DNA from: a virus
Strand: one strand, 5' to 3'
IMG/VR virus record: IMGVR_UViG_3300033143_001281
Coordinates: 1-64,000 of that record
Length of the DNA stretch: 64,000 nt
Positions 47,970 through 58,800 of this stretch are shown here, piece by piece; positions within the stretch are counted from its first letter, which is position 1; each line of letters opens with the position of its first letter. The notes beneath the pieces are model-generated. The model was given only the letters and a program-made list of their open reading frames with translations, was not told the DNA's origin and ran no database searches. The position numbers and the translations under genes were made by a program.

Positions 47970-49267
47970 TGAAAGAATCATTTGAATATAGCACAGTCAG
48001 AGGTTTGCCGGGTGGGCCTAACGAAGAAATTACTTATGTAACAGGTGTTTTTTCTATAGAGGGTTATAAAAGAAACTCACCTGATGTAAACAATCCTTAT
48101 AATATTATACCATCAGCAGATATTACTATGAAGGGTGTAGATTTTCCAGTTAGAGGATATGGTAATAATGGTATTGTTCAAGATATGATACCCGGAAAAG
48201 AAAATTATAACTATGGAGATGCAGATTATGTTGTTGAAGTTCCAATGGCTGAAACTGGTGGTGAAGGTAGATGTTGGCCTGGATATAAACCTGTTAGTGG
48301 AAAATTAGCATATACTTCTGGTAGTTGTGAAAAAGCGCAGGATGGTACAGAAACACAACCTATAGAGCTTGATGAAGTTGTTGTTAAAGCATATAATTTA
48401 AATAAGCTAACTGAAGATGAAAGAAAGCTTTATAACATTTTTAGAACAGGTGTAGGAAGATTGCAAATGATAGATAACCCTGATTATAATCCAAACTGGA
48501 AAGATAACCCATCAGAAAACATAGGTATTGTAAGAAGAGAAAAAATACCAATGAAAGATGAAGATGGTAGATCAGTGAGAGTAAAAGATTTTATGCCTAA
48601 TTTAAAATTATATAAAAAGATTGATGGAAATAATGTTGAATTTGATGTTTCTTTTGAAGATGCTTTACGTTTATATAGAGAAGCTGGATCACCAACTATA
48701 TCTAATAAACCAGGTTTTATGGCAAGATTAATGCCTGAAAAATATAAAGTTAATAAAAAATCTGGAGATTTTAGAGCTCATGCTAATCCGGTTTTTAATA
48801 AAATTTATATACCAGAGGGATCGGGTCCAAGTTATTTTAAACCTTTTCTTGCTGAAATAGCTCACATACATCCAGATTATAATTTTTTACCAACATTATC
48901 GGGTACACTAGACAGAATAAAAAGGTCATATCAAGAAAGTGATTTTATAATACCTGGTCCTGGTTTTATACCTTTACCTACTAAAATAGCAGATGATAGT
49001 AATTATAAAAGCAAAAAAGATTTTGAATATAAAACTCATCAGATAGCAGAAAAAAATATTGCAGATGCTTATTTTAAAAGAAAGGAAAAAGGCGGGCAAG
49101 TAAAAGAAATGTTTAGTACATATGCAAATTACATTAATGGAAAAGATAAAAGTCAAAATGCTAAAAAAGCATTTGATAAACTAAATAGAATCTATTATAA
49201 AGATGCTAAGAAAAGTGGGATGGGCGTAGCTAATTTTATTGCTACATATATTATTCCAAATTCTTAA
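47969..49267 (+). CDS. internal virion (cargo) protein
   Basis: IIPS..ITMKGVDFPV.G...M.PG..Y.Y...V.E.PMA..GG N-domain plus repeated xxGG motifs. Confidence 0.65.
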   Translation: MKESFEYSTVRGLPGGPNEEITYVTGVFSIEGYKRNSPDVNNPYNIIPSADITMKGVDFPVRGYGNNGIVQDMIPGKENYNYGDADYVVEVPMAETGGEGRCWPGYKPVSGKLAYTSGSCEKAQDGTETQPIELDEVVVKAYNLNKLTEDERKLYNIFRTGVGRLQMIDNPDYNPNWKDNPSENIGIVRREKIPMKDEDGRSVRVKDFMPNLKLYKKIDGNNVEFDVSFEDALRLYREAGSPTISNKPGFMARLMPEKYKVNKKSGDFRAHANPVFNKIYIPEGSGPSYFKPFLAEIAHIHPDYNFLPTLSGTLDRIKRSYQESDFIIPGPGFIPLPTKIADDSNYKSKKDFEYKTHQIAEKNIADAYFKRKEKGGQVKEMFSTYANYINGKDKSQNAKKAFDKLNRIYYKDAKKSGMGVANFIATYIIPNS

Positions 49268-49327
49268 ACCCTAAAGATTAGTGAATCTCCTTAATTATTT
49301 GTATATTAATAATATAATATTAGCAAA

Positions 49328-49996
49328 ATGGATCTAAATAAAATAAGTTTAAAACAACAAGGTGGGGATGCTATGATTCCAAATGAACCGGGTATGAGAA
49401 ATGAACCCAAAGTAGATCCTGCTATTCAACAAATTACTGAGTTTTTTGCACAAGCAATTGAGTCAGGTCAAAGACCTGAAGATGTTGTTATTTCTTTGAT
49501 GGATAAACAAGTTGATCAAGAAACTATCATTCAAGTTCTTACAGGTATAGGTTATGAACAAAATGACTTAGAAGTTTTGTTTCAAAACATTCAAGAAAGA
49601 ACTAACCCTGCACCTCCAACAGATCAACAGATAAATCAAAATCCTGAACAGTTAGCAAGACAACAAAAGATACAAGAAGAGCAAGAAGGTTTAAACGTTA
49701 ATATAGATCCTATTGAAATGGCTAAATCTGGTATTGAAATTAAGCCAGAAAATAGAGGTAAGTTTACTAAGTGGGCTAAAGCACGTGGTATGACTGTTAA
49801 AGAAGCATATACAAAGGTTTTAAAAAATAAAGATAGATACCCTGCATCAGTTGTAAAGATGGCTAATTTTGCACGTAATGCAGCTGGTTGGAAAAAAGGA
49901 CAAGAGGGTGTTGAAATACCAAGCCAAGCTTTAGATGTAGTTGAACCATCTGCTTTGGAAAGAATGCAAGCTAAACTTCGTAACTTCGTGGCTTAA
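49328..49996 (+). CDS. cargo protein, N-terminal part of a probably split gene
   Basis: GIEIKPENRGKFT...ANFARNAAGWK module; an 8-bp duplication at 49974-49989 causes the stop. Confidence 0.65.
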   Translation: MDLNKISLKQQGGDAMIPNEPGMRNEPKVDPAIQQITEFFAQAIESGQRPEDVVISLMDKQVDQETIIQVLTGIGYEQNDLEVLFQNIQERTNPAPPTDQQINQNPEQLARQQKIQEEQEGLNVNIDPIEMAKSGIEIKPENRGKFTKWAKARGMTVKEAYTKVLKNKDRYPASVVKMANFARNAAGWKKGQEGVEIPSQALDVVEPSALERMQAKLRNFVA

Positions 49997-52911
49997 TGAA
50001 AAGAGACGAAAGGGCATCATCTATGACTCCAGAAAATTCACCTCTATTCTGGGGCACAGAAGTAATGGGTGGTATTCCTGAAGGATATGCACTAAATCCA
50101 TTACAAACAGCGGAGTTTAGAGATGTAAATCAAAATGGTAAAGATGATAGGGAAGAAGGCCTATATATAAAAAGAGATTTAATACGTAAAGAAGATTTGC
50201 CTAAAAGCAATGGTCTAAAAAAAGGTGGGGAGTTTAAACCACATTTAATGTATGATCCAAAGACTGGTAAAGCTTATGAAGCTAAAGTACCAGCTGATCA
50301 TGAAAGAATGGCTAAGATGGGATACTTGCATAAAGATGAAATGCAAGGTGGTAAAGCTCAGATGGGTTTTGAAATGTCTGAGTTAGCAAATTTTCTAAGA
50401 ACCGTAGAAGGTGATGATCTAACCCAGTATAAACAAAATTATCAAAATAGTTTTATGGCTGAAGGATATAAACCTAGCCAAGAGGAGTTTGATAGAATGG
50501 ATCAATCTACAAAAGAAATGTATGTTGAATCTTTTCCTGGTCATTATAAAATATCAGCTGATACACCAACAGCTTTAGATTTATACAAGTTAAGATATCA
50601 AAATAGTTTTATGATGCCTACACAAACTGATGGGCCTCAATACAAATATGGTGGACCAAAAGGTGAAGAAGCTTATTTAGCAAGAAGAGATGCTGCAATA
50701 AAAGCATCTATGGATAAAGCATATACAGGTAAAGAATTAAATGATGCTATTCAAAAATATGCTAAAAAAGATAATATTTATATTACAGGTAAGGACGGCA
50801 ATGTGATATATGATGGTAGAAGTAATGAATCTCCTGCTGCTAATGGAGTAGTTACAAATCCATTTTATGTAAACCCTTTAATATTTAGTTCAGGTAAAAG
50901 TTTTCAGCCGGGTAGACTTGTAAATGATATTACTGATTTATATATGGGTGTTATTGGAACAGAAGATAGTCCTGGTATAATAGGTTATGGAGGAGCAGAA
51001 GCTAACTATTTACAAAATCAAAAAGATAAATATGAAAATGCAACATTTGAATATAAAGCAGATGATTCACCAGAAAATATAGAAGCTATAAAAGCTTACA
51101 TGAAACAATATGCTTTAGAGAATCCTAATGTAGAAGATGCAATTGCTAATTTACCAAATATTAAAACTAGTGAAAGAAAAGTAGATAAAGCATTAAACTC
51201 ATTTACAGATTGGTTTAAAAATGCAGGACAAAATGTAAAACAAGGTGGTCAAGAAACATATAATGCTATCATAGATATGATACAAGGTACTAAGGGTACT
51301 AGCACAAGAACACCGGGTATAGTTCCTGATGCTCAACTTGGTAATGGTGAATTTGGTGATTTTGATGTTATGACAGAAGATAACCCATATGGTTTACCAA
51401 ATTGGATGTTTGATTTAACTGTAGATCCTGGTCAAACTAATTATATGGAAGACACAAGGGCTGTGGCAGATGCACAGTTAGCAAAAAAGTTTCCTGGTTT
51501 AGGTGATACACCTTTGCAAGAAGAACAAAATAAACAACGTGAAAATCAAGAAAGAGATGCACAATTAACTGCAGATGAATTATTTGAAAAAATAGAACCT
51601 GGTACTATGGATATAGATACCAATGAAGGATTCTTTGAAAAAGCAGAAAGATTTGGTAATAGCACAGCTGTTAGACTGGCTGATCAACTTGCAGATAGTA
51701 CAGTTAAAATTTTTAGTAATGTAAATGACATTTATGCTGATCAAGCTGTTGATGAAGCACAAGTAGATTTTTATAATACTAGAGGTGCAGATTTTGTAGC
51801 TCCAGTTGTTACTGATGCTTTATTTAAAAGAGGAAAAGGACCAGATATAAATTCAGGTATTTATGGTTCTGAGGGAGATGCAACTACAGGTTTATATTTA
51901 ACCAAGAAAGGTGGTGAACCTAGTAATGCAGGTTTTCAAGCTTTGCCAGATTATGTTCAAGATAAGATAATGAAAAGACAAAATGGTGGAGAAGAAATAT
52001 ATAACAATCCTTTTGGTGATCTAAGATCTTTTACAGATGATTTGAATCAATATCAAGATGGAAATGGTGAGATGACAAAAGATGAATTAATGAGTCAAAT
52101 AATGGATCTTAGAAGTCAAGTAGAAAAAGAGGACTCAAGGATTCAAAATTTCCAAAGTAATATTGACAAGTTATATAGAGGCTTTTTAACATCTAAAGAA
52201 GTGGATGATGAGGAACTAAGAAAAGCGCAACTAGCAGAGATATTAGGTGCTGATTCTTCCATTGATCCTGCTTTATTTAATACTATTGAAGGTGATTATG
52301 GACAGCGTGTTGTAGGATTAGATAGTATTCCAGCAGCAACTAGAAAGTGGTTACAAAGTGGGACTAATGCAGGTTATGGTTGTACAAGCTATGGTTGCGG
52401 AATATTAAGACAAGCAGGTGCAACAACTGCAGAAGGCAAACCTTTTCCAATTATATCAGGAAATAGCCAACTTAATAGTATGATTGAACGCAATGAAGGA
52501 GGTTTAGGAATGCAATTAATGGAACCTGGTTTTACTGATTTATTACCAGGTGATAGAGTTGTATCTAATTATAGTACTTCAGGTGGATCTGGTTCTGCAC
52601 ATACAATGATATTTACTGGAGATTATGATGAAAGCGGTTCTCCTATAATGATGGAAAATAGTGGTGGTAGAGTTAGAGGTGGAGTAAGTTATAGATCATT
52701 GAGTGATATTAAAGGTTATCAAGATACTAGTGATCCTGAATCAGGATTAAGAGTAACAAGATATGTGGGTCAAGCACCTGAATTACGCACTCAACTAAGA
52801 GATTTACAAAGAGAATTAGACCGTAGAAATATGGCTGATATACCTTTAAAAACTAGACCTATAGCACAGCTTTCAACTTTAACCACCTACTTTTCAAAAA
52901 AGCGGTGGTGA
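49996..52911 (+). CDS. cargo/ejection protein with C-terminal NlpC/P60-CHAP-like domain; true end probably 52981 in the +1 frame
   Basis: YGCTSYGC, LLPGDRV, SAHTMIFTG; the +1 frame continues QKSGGETINVDATMLAKLIAAGADIEML to 52981. Confidence 0.7.
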   Translation: MKRDERASSMTPENSPLFWGTEVMGGIPEGYALNPLQTAEFRDVNQNGKDDREEGLYIKRDLIRKEDLPKSNGLKKGGEFKPHLMYDPKTGKAYEAKVPADHERMAKMGYLHKDEMQGGKAQMGFEMSELANFLRTVEGDDLTQYKQNYQNSFMAEGYKPSQEEFDRMDQSTKEMYVESFPGHYKISADTPTALDLYKLRYQNSFMMPTQTDGPQYKYGGPKGEEAYLARRDAAIKASMDKAYTGKELNDAIQKYAKKDNIYITGKDGNVIYDGRSNESPAANGVVTNPFYVNPLIFSSGKSFQPGRLVNDITDLYMGVIGTEDSPGIIGYGGAEANYLQNQKDKYENATFEYKADDSPENIEAIKAYMKQYALENPNVEDAIANLPNIKTSERKVDKALNSFTDWFKNAGQNVKQGGQETYNAIIDMIQGTKGTSTRTPGIVPDAQLGNGEFGDFDVMTEDNPYGLPNWMFDLTVDPGQTNYMEDTRAVADAQLAKKFPGLGDTPLQEEQNKQRENQERDAQLTADELFEKIEPGTMDIDTNEGFFEKAERFGNSTAVRLADQLADSTVKIFSNVNDIYADQAVDEAQVDFYNTRGADFVAPVVTDALFKRGKGPDINSGIYGSEGDATTGLYLTKKGGEPSNAGFQALPDYVQDKIMKRQNGGEEIYNNPFGDLRSFTDDLNQYQDGNGEMTKDELMSQIMDLRSQVEKEDSRIQNFQSNIDKLYRGFLTSKEVDDEELRKAQLAEILGADSSIDPALFNTIEGDYGQRVVGLDSIPAATRKWLQSGTNAGYGCTSYGCGILRQAGATTAEGKPFPIISGNSQLNSMIERNEGGLGMQLMEPGFTDLLPGDRVVSNYSTSGGSGSAHTMIFTGDYDESGSPIMMENSGGRVRGGVSYRSLSDIKGYQDTSDPESGLRVTRYVGQAPELRTQLRDLQRELDRRNMADIPLKTRPIAQLSTLTTYFSKKRW

Positions 52912-52983
52912 AACAATAAATGTTGATGCTACAATGTTAGCTAAATTAATTGCAGCAGGAGCTGATATAGAAATGTTATAATT

Positions 52984-55827
52984 ATGGCAAAAATTAAAAT
53001 AAATAAATTACCAAAAGGATTTAAACTTGTTGATGGTAAAGTTGTAGAAGAAAAAGTCATGCGAAATGGTGGAGACATTTATTCTACAGGTGATCAAGCT
53101 GATTATGGTTTAGTTACAACACCTCAAGAGTATTATGGGCAAACAATGTTTAATAATACAGATGACCAATCTACAAGATATAGTTTATCTGGAGTACCAC
53201 GTGAAGATGCAAACATTGAAGCAGAAGGTGGTGAGACAGTGCTTACTGATTTAAATGATGATGGTAATTTTGGTTTATATAATATTACTGGTCCAAGACA
53301 TTCACAAGGTGGTGTGCCAATGTTTTTACCAGAACAATCTTTTATTTTTTCAGATACACCTAAATTAAAATTTACAAAAGATGAGATGTCAGAATTTGGA
53401 ATGGGTGGTTCTAAGAAAACACCCGCTAAAATTTCTAAGAATTTTGGTTTGAATAATTATTATGCTGAATTAGACTCACAATATGCTGATGAAATATCAG
53501 CTGTTAGTGCAGAACTTATGTTAAAAAAGAACATGGAAGACCTTTCAAAATTAGCTTACATGCAAGAAGCAAAAAAGAATTTTGAAGATGGTGTACCATT
53601 AGCAGCACATCCATTTTTATTATCTGAAAATATTGATCCATTACAGTTTACAGCTCAAGTAGAAGATATAACACAGCAACAAGCAAGACAAAATGCTATT
53701 GCTCAATTATCTCCAGGTCAACAAGAACAATTATTTTTAGTTCAACAAATGTTGCAACAACAACAAAATCAAGTTGATGCAGCACAGGCTCCTGATCCTT
53801 CACAATTTGCAAACCAAATGCAAATGGCTAATGCAGATAACGATATGTTAAGCATGGCTGAATATGGTTATGAAATGAGAGAGTTTTTGGATAAAGCTCA
53901 AAGAGGTACTGAAATTGTATATAATAGAATGGAGGATGGAGACTATGGTATACCTAGAAAGGCTGAAGCAACTGAAGGTATGTATTATGTAAATGCTATA
54001 CCGGGCAGTGAAGATTTTGGTAAGGGTTATATATTTAAAGATGGTAATTATGTACATGTTGAAACAGTTGCATTTGATGAAGACTTTAATATAATAAATA
54101 GAGTACCTGCTGAAGAAACCGTTACTGATACTGAAGCTATTGATATTGTTGGTTCAGGAAATACTGAAGTTGTAGAAACAGAAGAAGAAACTACAAATAC
54201 TAATTCAGAATTTAATCCTTTCCCAATAGGATCTGAAAACTATATAGAAATTGAAAATCTTAAAAAAGAAGGTTATACATTTTCTATTGTAAGAGATGGA
54301 CCTGAAAAAGGAAGACTTAGAGCATACAGACCAAGAAAGTCTAGATTTGATGCGCAGGGTGACAGAGAAATAGCTCAATATGAAACAACAGGTAGTGGAG
54401 GTGATATAAATGTATATGATGACAATGTAAGTTCACAAGGAGATGTATTAAGAAATTCTTCTATAGCAAATGAAAGATATGGTAGATTAGCTGGTGTAAG
54501 ACCTGAGACACAAGGTTTTGCTGGTGGTGATTTTGCATTTGGTACTAAAGAAATTGAATCACAAGAATCACAACAAGCATTTGAAAGAATGTGGAGTGAT
54601 GTTTTAGATGATATAGAAGGTTGGGATTATAGAAGACCAGCATTTAAAAATGAAGAAGATAAAGCAAAGTATTTAAGAACAAAAGACAAAAGTCTTTTTG
54701 ATCCTGAGTGGTTAGGACAATGGAAACAATTTCAAATAAAATCTGAAGAATTAAGAAAAGCAGATGCTAAAAGATTAGGTATTCCATATGTACCATATTA
54801 CAAAAATCCAGGTGATGAAGGATACAGAACAGGAGATGGTCCTGATGGTATTCCTGGTTTAAATACCTATAATACACCAAGGTTTGACGTAGATGTACAA
54901 ACAGAAGATGAAAGATTTTTTGATTTACCAAAAAAGAAAGAAAAAATTGAAATAACTGATATAGAAGAAGCAGAAGGACCAGTTAAAAGGTATTGGGCAC
55001 AGGATATGAATAATATGACTGCTCTTGGTTTAATGAAAGATGAGTTATTTTTACCTTGGTCACCTAAGTTAGAAGAACAAAAAATTGATTATGTTTTAGA
55101 TGATTATACAGGAAGAGTAAATGCAATAATGGGAGCACAGAATGTTATGTCTGGAGCTTTAGGGGCATATGGTCCACAGGCTATTGCAAGAAGTAATATT
55201 CAAGGTAAGTCACTAAATGAAATAGGTAAAGCTATACAAACAACAAACACTAATAATGTTAATACAATGAACCGTGTTGCTGCAGCTCAAGCTTCTATGG
55301 ATAATAGAATTGATGCAGGTAATGTAGGTATAGAAAGACAGCTTTATGATGATACACAAGCATCATTACAACAAAAACAAAATTTTGATAATGCAAAAAT
55401 TGCTAAGGCAAATGAGTTATGGAATACAGCAATAACAAATGCATCTAATACATATAATATGAATACTATGTATGATGAGTTTAACATTCGTCCAGATTGG
55501 GGTGGAGATGTTATATTTACTGATATTGGAAGAAAACCATATAAGGATACTTCACAAAATAAACAAGAAGCTTTCTTAGATGCATATACTAAGCTTAGAA
55601 AAAATTTACCAGCAGATCAAAAAATAACACCTGAGTTATTGAATATGTACATGCAATTAGGAAATAGTGGTGGTTATACACCTAGTACACAAGGAAAAGC
55701 TGTATTACAACAAAGGGGTTTGACAGGTTACACGGGTAGTAATGTACCGCTTGGAAAAAAAGGAACAGAAATAAAAGATTTACCAAATGCATTTCCCAAT
55801 TTTACAGTAGGTAAGATGGGTGTATAA
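52984..55827 (+). CDS. cargo/ejection protein
   Basis: ANIEAEGGET...GPRHSQGGVP...FIFSD crAss-like cargo motif; Gln-rich and helical segments. Confidence 0.7.
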   Translation: MAKIKINKLPKGFKLVDGKVVEEKVMRNGGDIYSTGDQADYGLVTTPQEYYGQTMFNNTDDQSTRYSLSGVPREDANIEAEGGETVLTDLNDDGNFGLYNITGPRHSQGGVPMFLPEQSFIFSDTPKLKFTKDEMSEFGMGGSKKTPAKISKNFGLNNYYAELDSQYADEISAVSAELMLKKNMEDLSKLAYMQEAKKNFEDGVPLAAHPFLLSENIDPLQFTAQVEDITQQQARQNAIAQLSPGQQEQLFLVQQMLQQQQNQVDAAQAPDPSQFANQMQMANADNDMLSMAEYGYEMREFLDKAQRGTEIVYNRMEDGDYGIPRKAEATEGMYYVNAIPGSEDFGKGYIFKDGNYVHVETVAFDEDFNIINRVPAEETVTDTEAIDIVGSGNTEVVETEEETTNTNSEFNPFPIGSENYIEIENLKKEGYTFSIVRDGPEKGRLRAYRPRKSRFDAQGDREIAQYETTGSGGDINVYDDNVSSQGDVLRNSSIANERYGRLAGVRPETQGFAGGDFAFGTKEIESQESQQAFERMWSDVLDDIEGWDYRRPAFKNEEDKAKYLRTKDKSLFDPEWLGQWKQFQIKSEELRKADAKRLGIPYVPYYKNPGDEGYRTGDGPDGIPGLNTYNTPRFDVDVQTEDERFFDLPKKKEKIEITDIEEAEGPVKRYWAQDMNNMTALGLMKDELFLPWSPKLEEQKIDYVLDDYTGRVNAIMGAQNVMSGALGAYGPQAIARSNIQGKSLNEIGKAIQTTNTNNVNTMNRVAAAQASMDNRIDAGNVGIERQLYDDTQASLQQKQNFDNAKIAKANELWNTAITNASNTYNMNTMYDEFNIRPDWGGDVIFTDIGRKPYKDTSQNKQEAFLDAYTKLRKNLPADQKITPELLNMYMQLGNSGGYTPSTQGKAVLQQRGLTGYTGSNVPLGKKGTEIKDLPNAFPNFTVGKMGV

Positions 55828-55886
55828 ACTTAAACAGTTTATGCTCAATGCTTTGTAAACTTATTAAATTATATTAATTTTGAATT

Positions 55887-58800
55887 ATGGCAACATATAT
55901 TAAAGGATCAGAATCTTTCTTACCGGATATTAAACCATTTACACCGGATTATAAATTTTTGTCTGCTGTTTTGCAAACAAGAACAGATAAGTATGATGCT
56001 AACTTTAAAGCAACTAATGATCTATATAATAAAGTTGTTTATGCAGATTTATCAAGAGAAGACACAAAAGAAAGAAGAGATCAATACGCAGACTTAATAA
56101 GTCCTCAGATAGAAAAAATATCTGGAATGGATTTATCTTTGGCACAAAATGCTGATGCAGCACGTAGTGTTTTTGCACCATTTTATGATGATGATTTAAC
56201 TGTAAAAGATATTGTTTTTACATCTCAATATAGAGATGAAATGGCTTATGCGGATAGGTTAGCTGAGAGTTCAAATAAAGAAATGAATGAAAGATATTGG
56301 GAAACTGGTAGAAGAGGTTTACAATATAGAATGGATGATTTTATTAATGGATCTGCAGATCAAGCACTCCAAGCTAGTTTGCCTAAATACATAGAAGATG
56401 CTGATTTATATCAATTAGCTACAGATTATTTAGAATCTATGGAACCACCTTTGAGTGTTAAGATAGATCATTATGGAGAAAATGCTGATGGTACAGCAAA
56501 CACTGATTGGATTATTACTGAAAAAAATGGAAGATTGGTAACTGGTCAAGCACTACAAGCTGTACAAAATGCATTACTAAATAATCCTAAAGTACAAGCT
56601 GCATATCAAGAAGATGCATTTGTAAAAAGTAGAGATTTTGCTGCTCAAGGTATGCAAGCAGGACAATTTTCTTCTGTAGAACAAGGTCAAAATGCTTGGG
56701 CAACTGAACAGATAAATATTATAAATAAACTTAATGATTCAGAAATAGAAGAAGCATCACAAAAGAATGATCAAGCTCAAAGAGTAAATTTATATTGGCA
56801 AGACTATAAAAATAAAAATGGTATTATACCTGGTTCTGATATGGATGAAGCAATGAAAGAGCACGAAAGCATTGCAGAAGCAACACAGAAAGCATTAGAT
56901 GCTAAATTAAATATTAAACGTATAGGTGCAGCTCCTAAAAAAAGTATACAGGGTAATTTAAATAAAGCATACAATATGCTTATGAATTACAATATTGCTA
57001 GAGATATGAAAGCAGCTGCTGTAAATTATGGAGCCAGAGACCAAGAATACACAATGCGTGTTAATGAGATTGCTTTATTTGAAAAGAAGAAAAAGTGGGA
57101 TTTAGTAATGGAAAGAACTAGAGCTAGTAATAACATGGCTTTACAAAGACTTAAAAATAAAAATGCTAGAGACTTAGCAATTGAGAAAGGAGAAATAGTT
57201 GATAATTCTGGTAATCCAAATTCATTACAAAATAAATTAAAAAGAAGAGGTATAACTTTTAATGACCCTAATACATTTACAGCAAAAACTGATAAAGATG
57301 GAGATGTTACTAGTAATGTAGATGTACCAGCTATGAATAGCGAAAGGTTTATTGAACTTGATAATAAAGTTTTTGAGCGTCAAGTAGATGCAATCCTAGA
57401 TATGAAAAAAACTTTATACCCTGATGGTAATACACCAGCAAGAAATCAGACTTACAAGTTTGAGTACGAAGGTGCTATAATAGAAGGGACTGTAGAATCA
57501 ATAAAGAAAAAGTTATTAGAAACAGTAAAAACTGAAGGAGATGAAGGTGGACCTACCGAATATGTTAATAGAGGTCTTGTAGCTTCTTTGTATGAAAAAG
57601 AAAGTGAATTATTTTTAAACAACCCAGAAGTAACAAAAAATATTAACCCTAATGCAACTGCTGATCCTAATATACGTGGTCAATATGATGATCTTTATGA
57701 TAGAATAGCGGGACCTAACAATAGCATTAATACTCAAATTGCTGGTTTACAAGCTGCTTATGGTAAAGTAAATGAATTAACTTTTAATGCTGGAGAACTT
57801 ACTTATAAAGCATTACATGATATAAATAGTGGTTATGCTGGTGGATACAGCAAAGATGCATCAGATTTACAAAAGGCAGGATGGCCATCAATTTTTGATG
57901 AGAATGGTGTATTGTTAAATAAAGATGAATATAGAAAACTAGTTGTAGCTGGCATTGAGAAAGGTGAGATAACAAACCCAAATATATCTGGCTGGGATAG
58001 TGGCACTAACAACAAAGATTATAAAGCATTCCGTACTTATAGCAGAAGTGAAATGGATAATTTATATGGTTATGATCGTAATAATGCTTATGCTCAAGAA
58101 GTAAGAAAAAAGTATAGGAGTTTGATAGGTGGTGTTAATGAAGTACAAATGGCGGCTGTTAACAATGATCTAAATGCTTATTATGACATGCAGTACAATG
58201 CATTAAATAATGCTTTAACAGGTAAAAAAGGAAACATACCAACAGCATCTTTAAATACTGTGTTAGAAGGTGGTGATTATAATGTTGGAGATTTAATGAT
58301 GAATCCAAGTTATAAATATTCTGTTAATCCATTAACTCCTAATATTGAAGCTGAAACAGAAGTTGGTAACTTTTTGGATCAAATGGATCATTTAAATACT
58401 ACAGGTAAAGGTTATGGTATTGTAGCAGGTGATATAGACGGATTAGATTCTGATGAATTATTATCTCAACAAGCTGTTGCACAAAAAGTGCATAATTTAT
58501 ATATGGAAGATTTACAAAGTTGGTACAATAATCCAAAAAGATCTAATGCTGACAAGACTGCTCCAATAGCAACATATACTTATAATCCTGTTTATGGCAG
58601 GTCAGAAGATGGTAGAAAAACTACAGCAGCAGCTCAATGGTTATATAGCCCAGAGTGGTTAGCTTCTAAAGTTGTAGGTGGTAGTGATGTTAGCGACCAA
58701 TATGGAGCATTAACAACAGATGATATTAAATTATTAAGTGATGCGGGTCAAAATGGAGAATCAGGAATTACTATAATTTATGATCAAAAAGATGATATAA

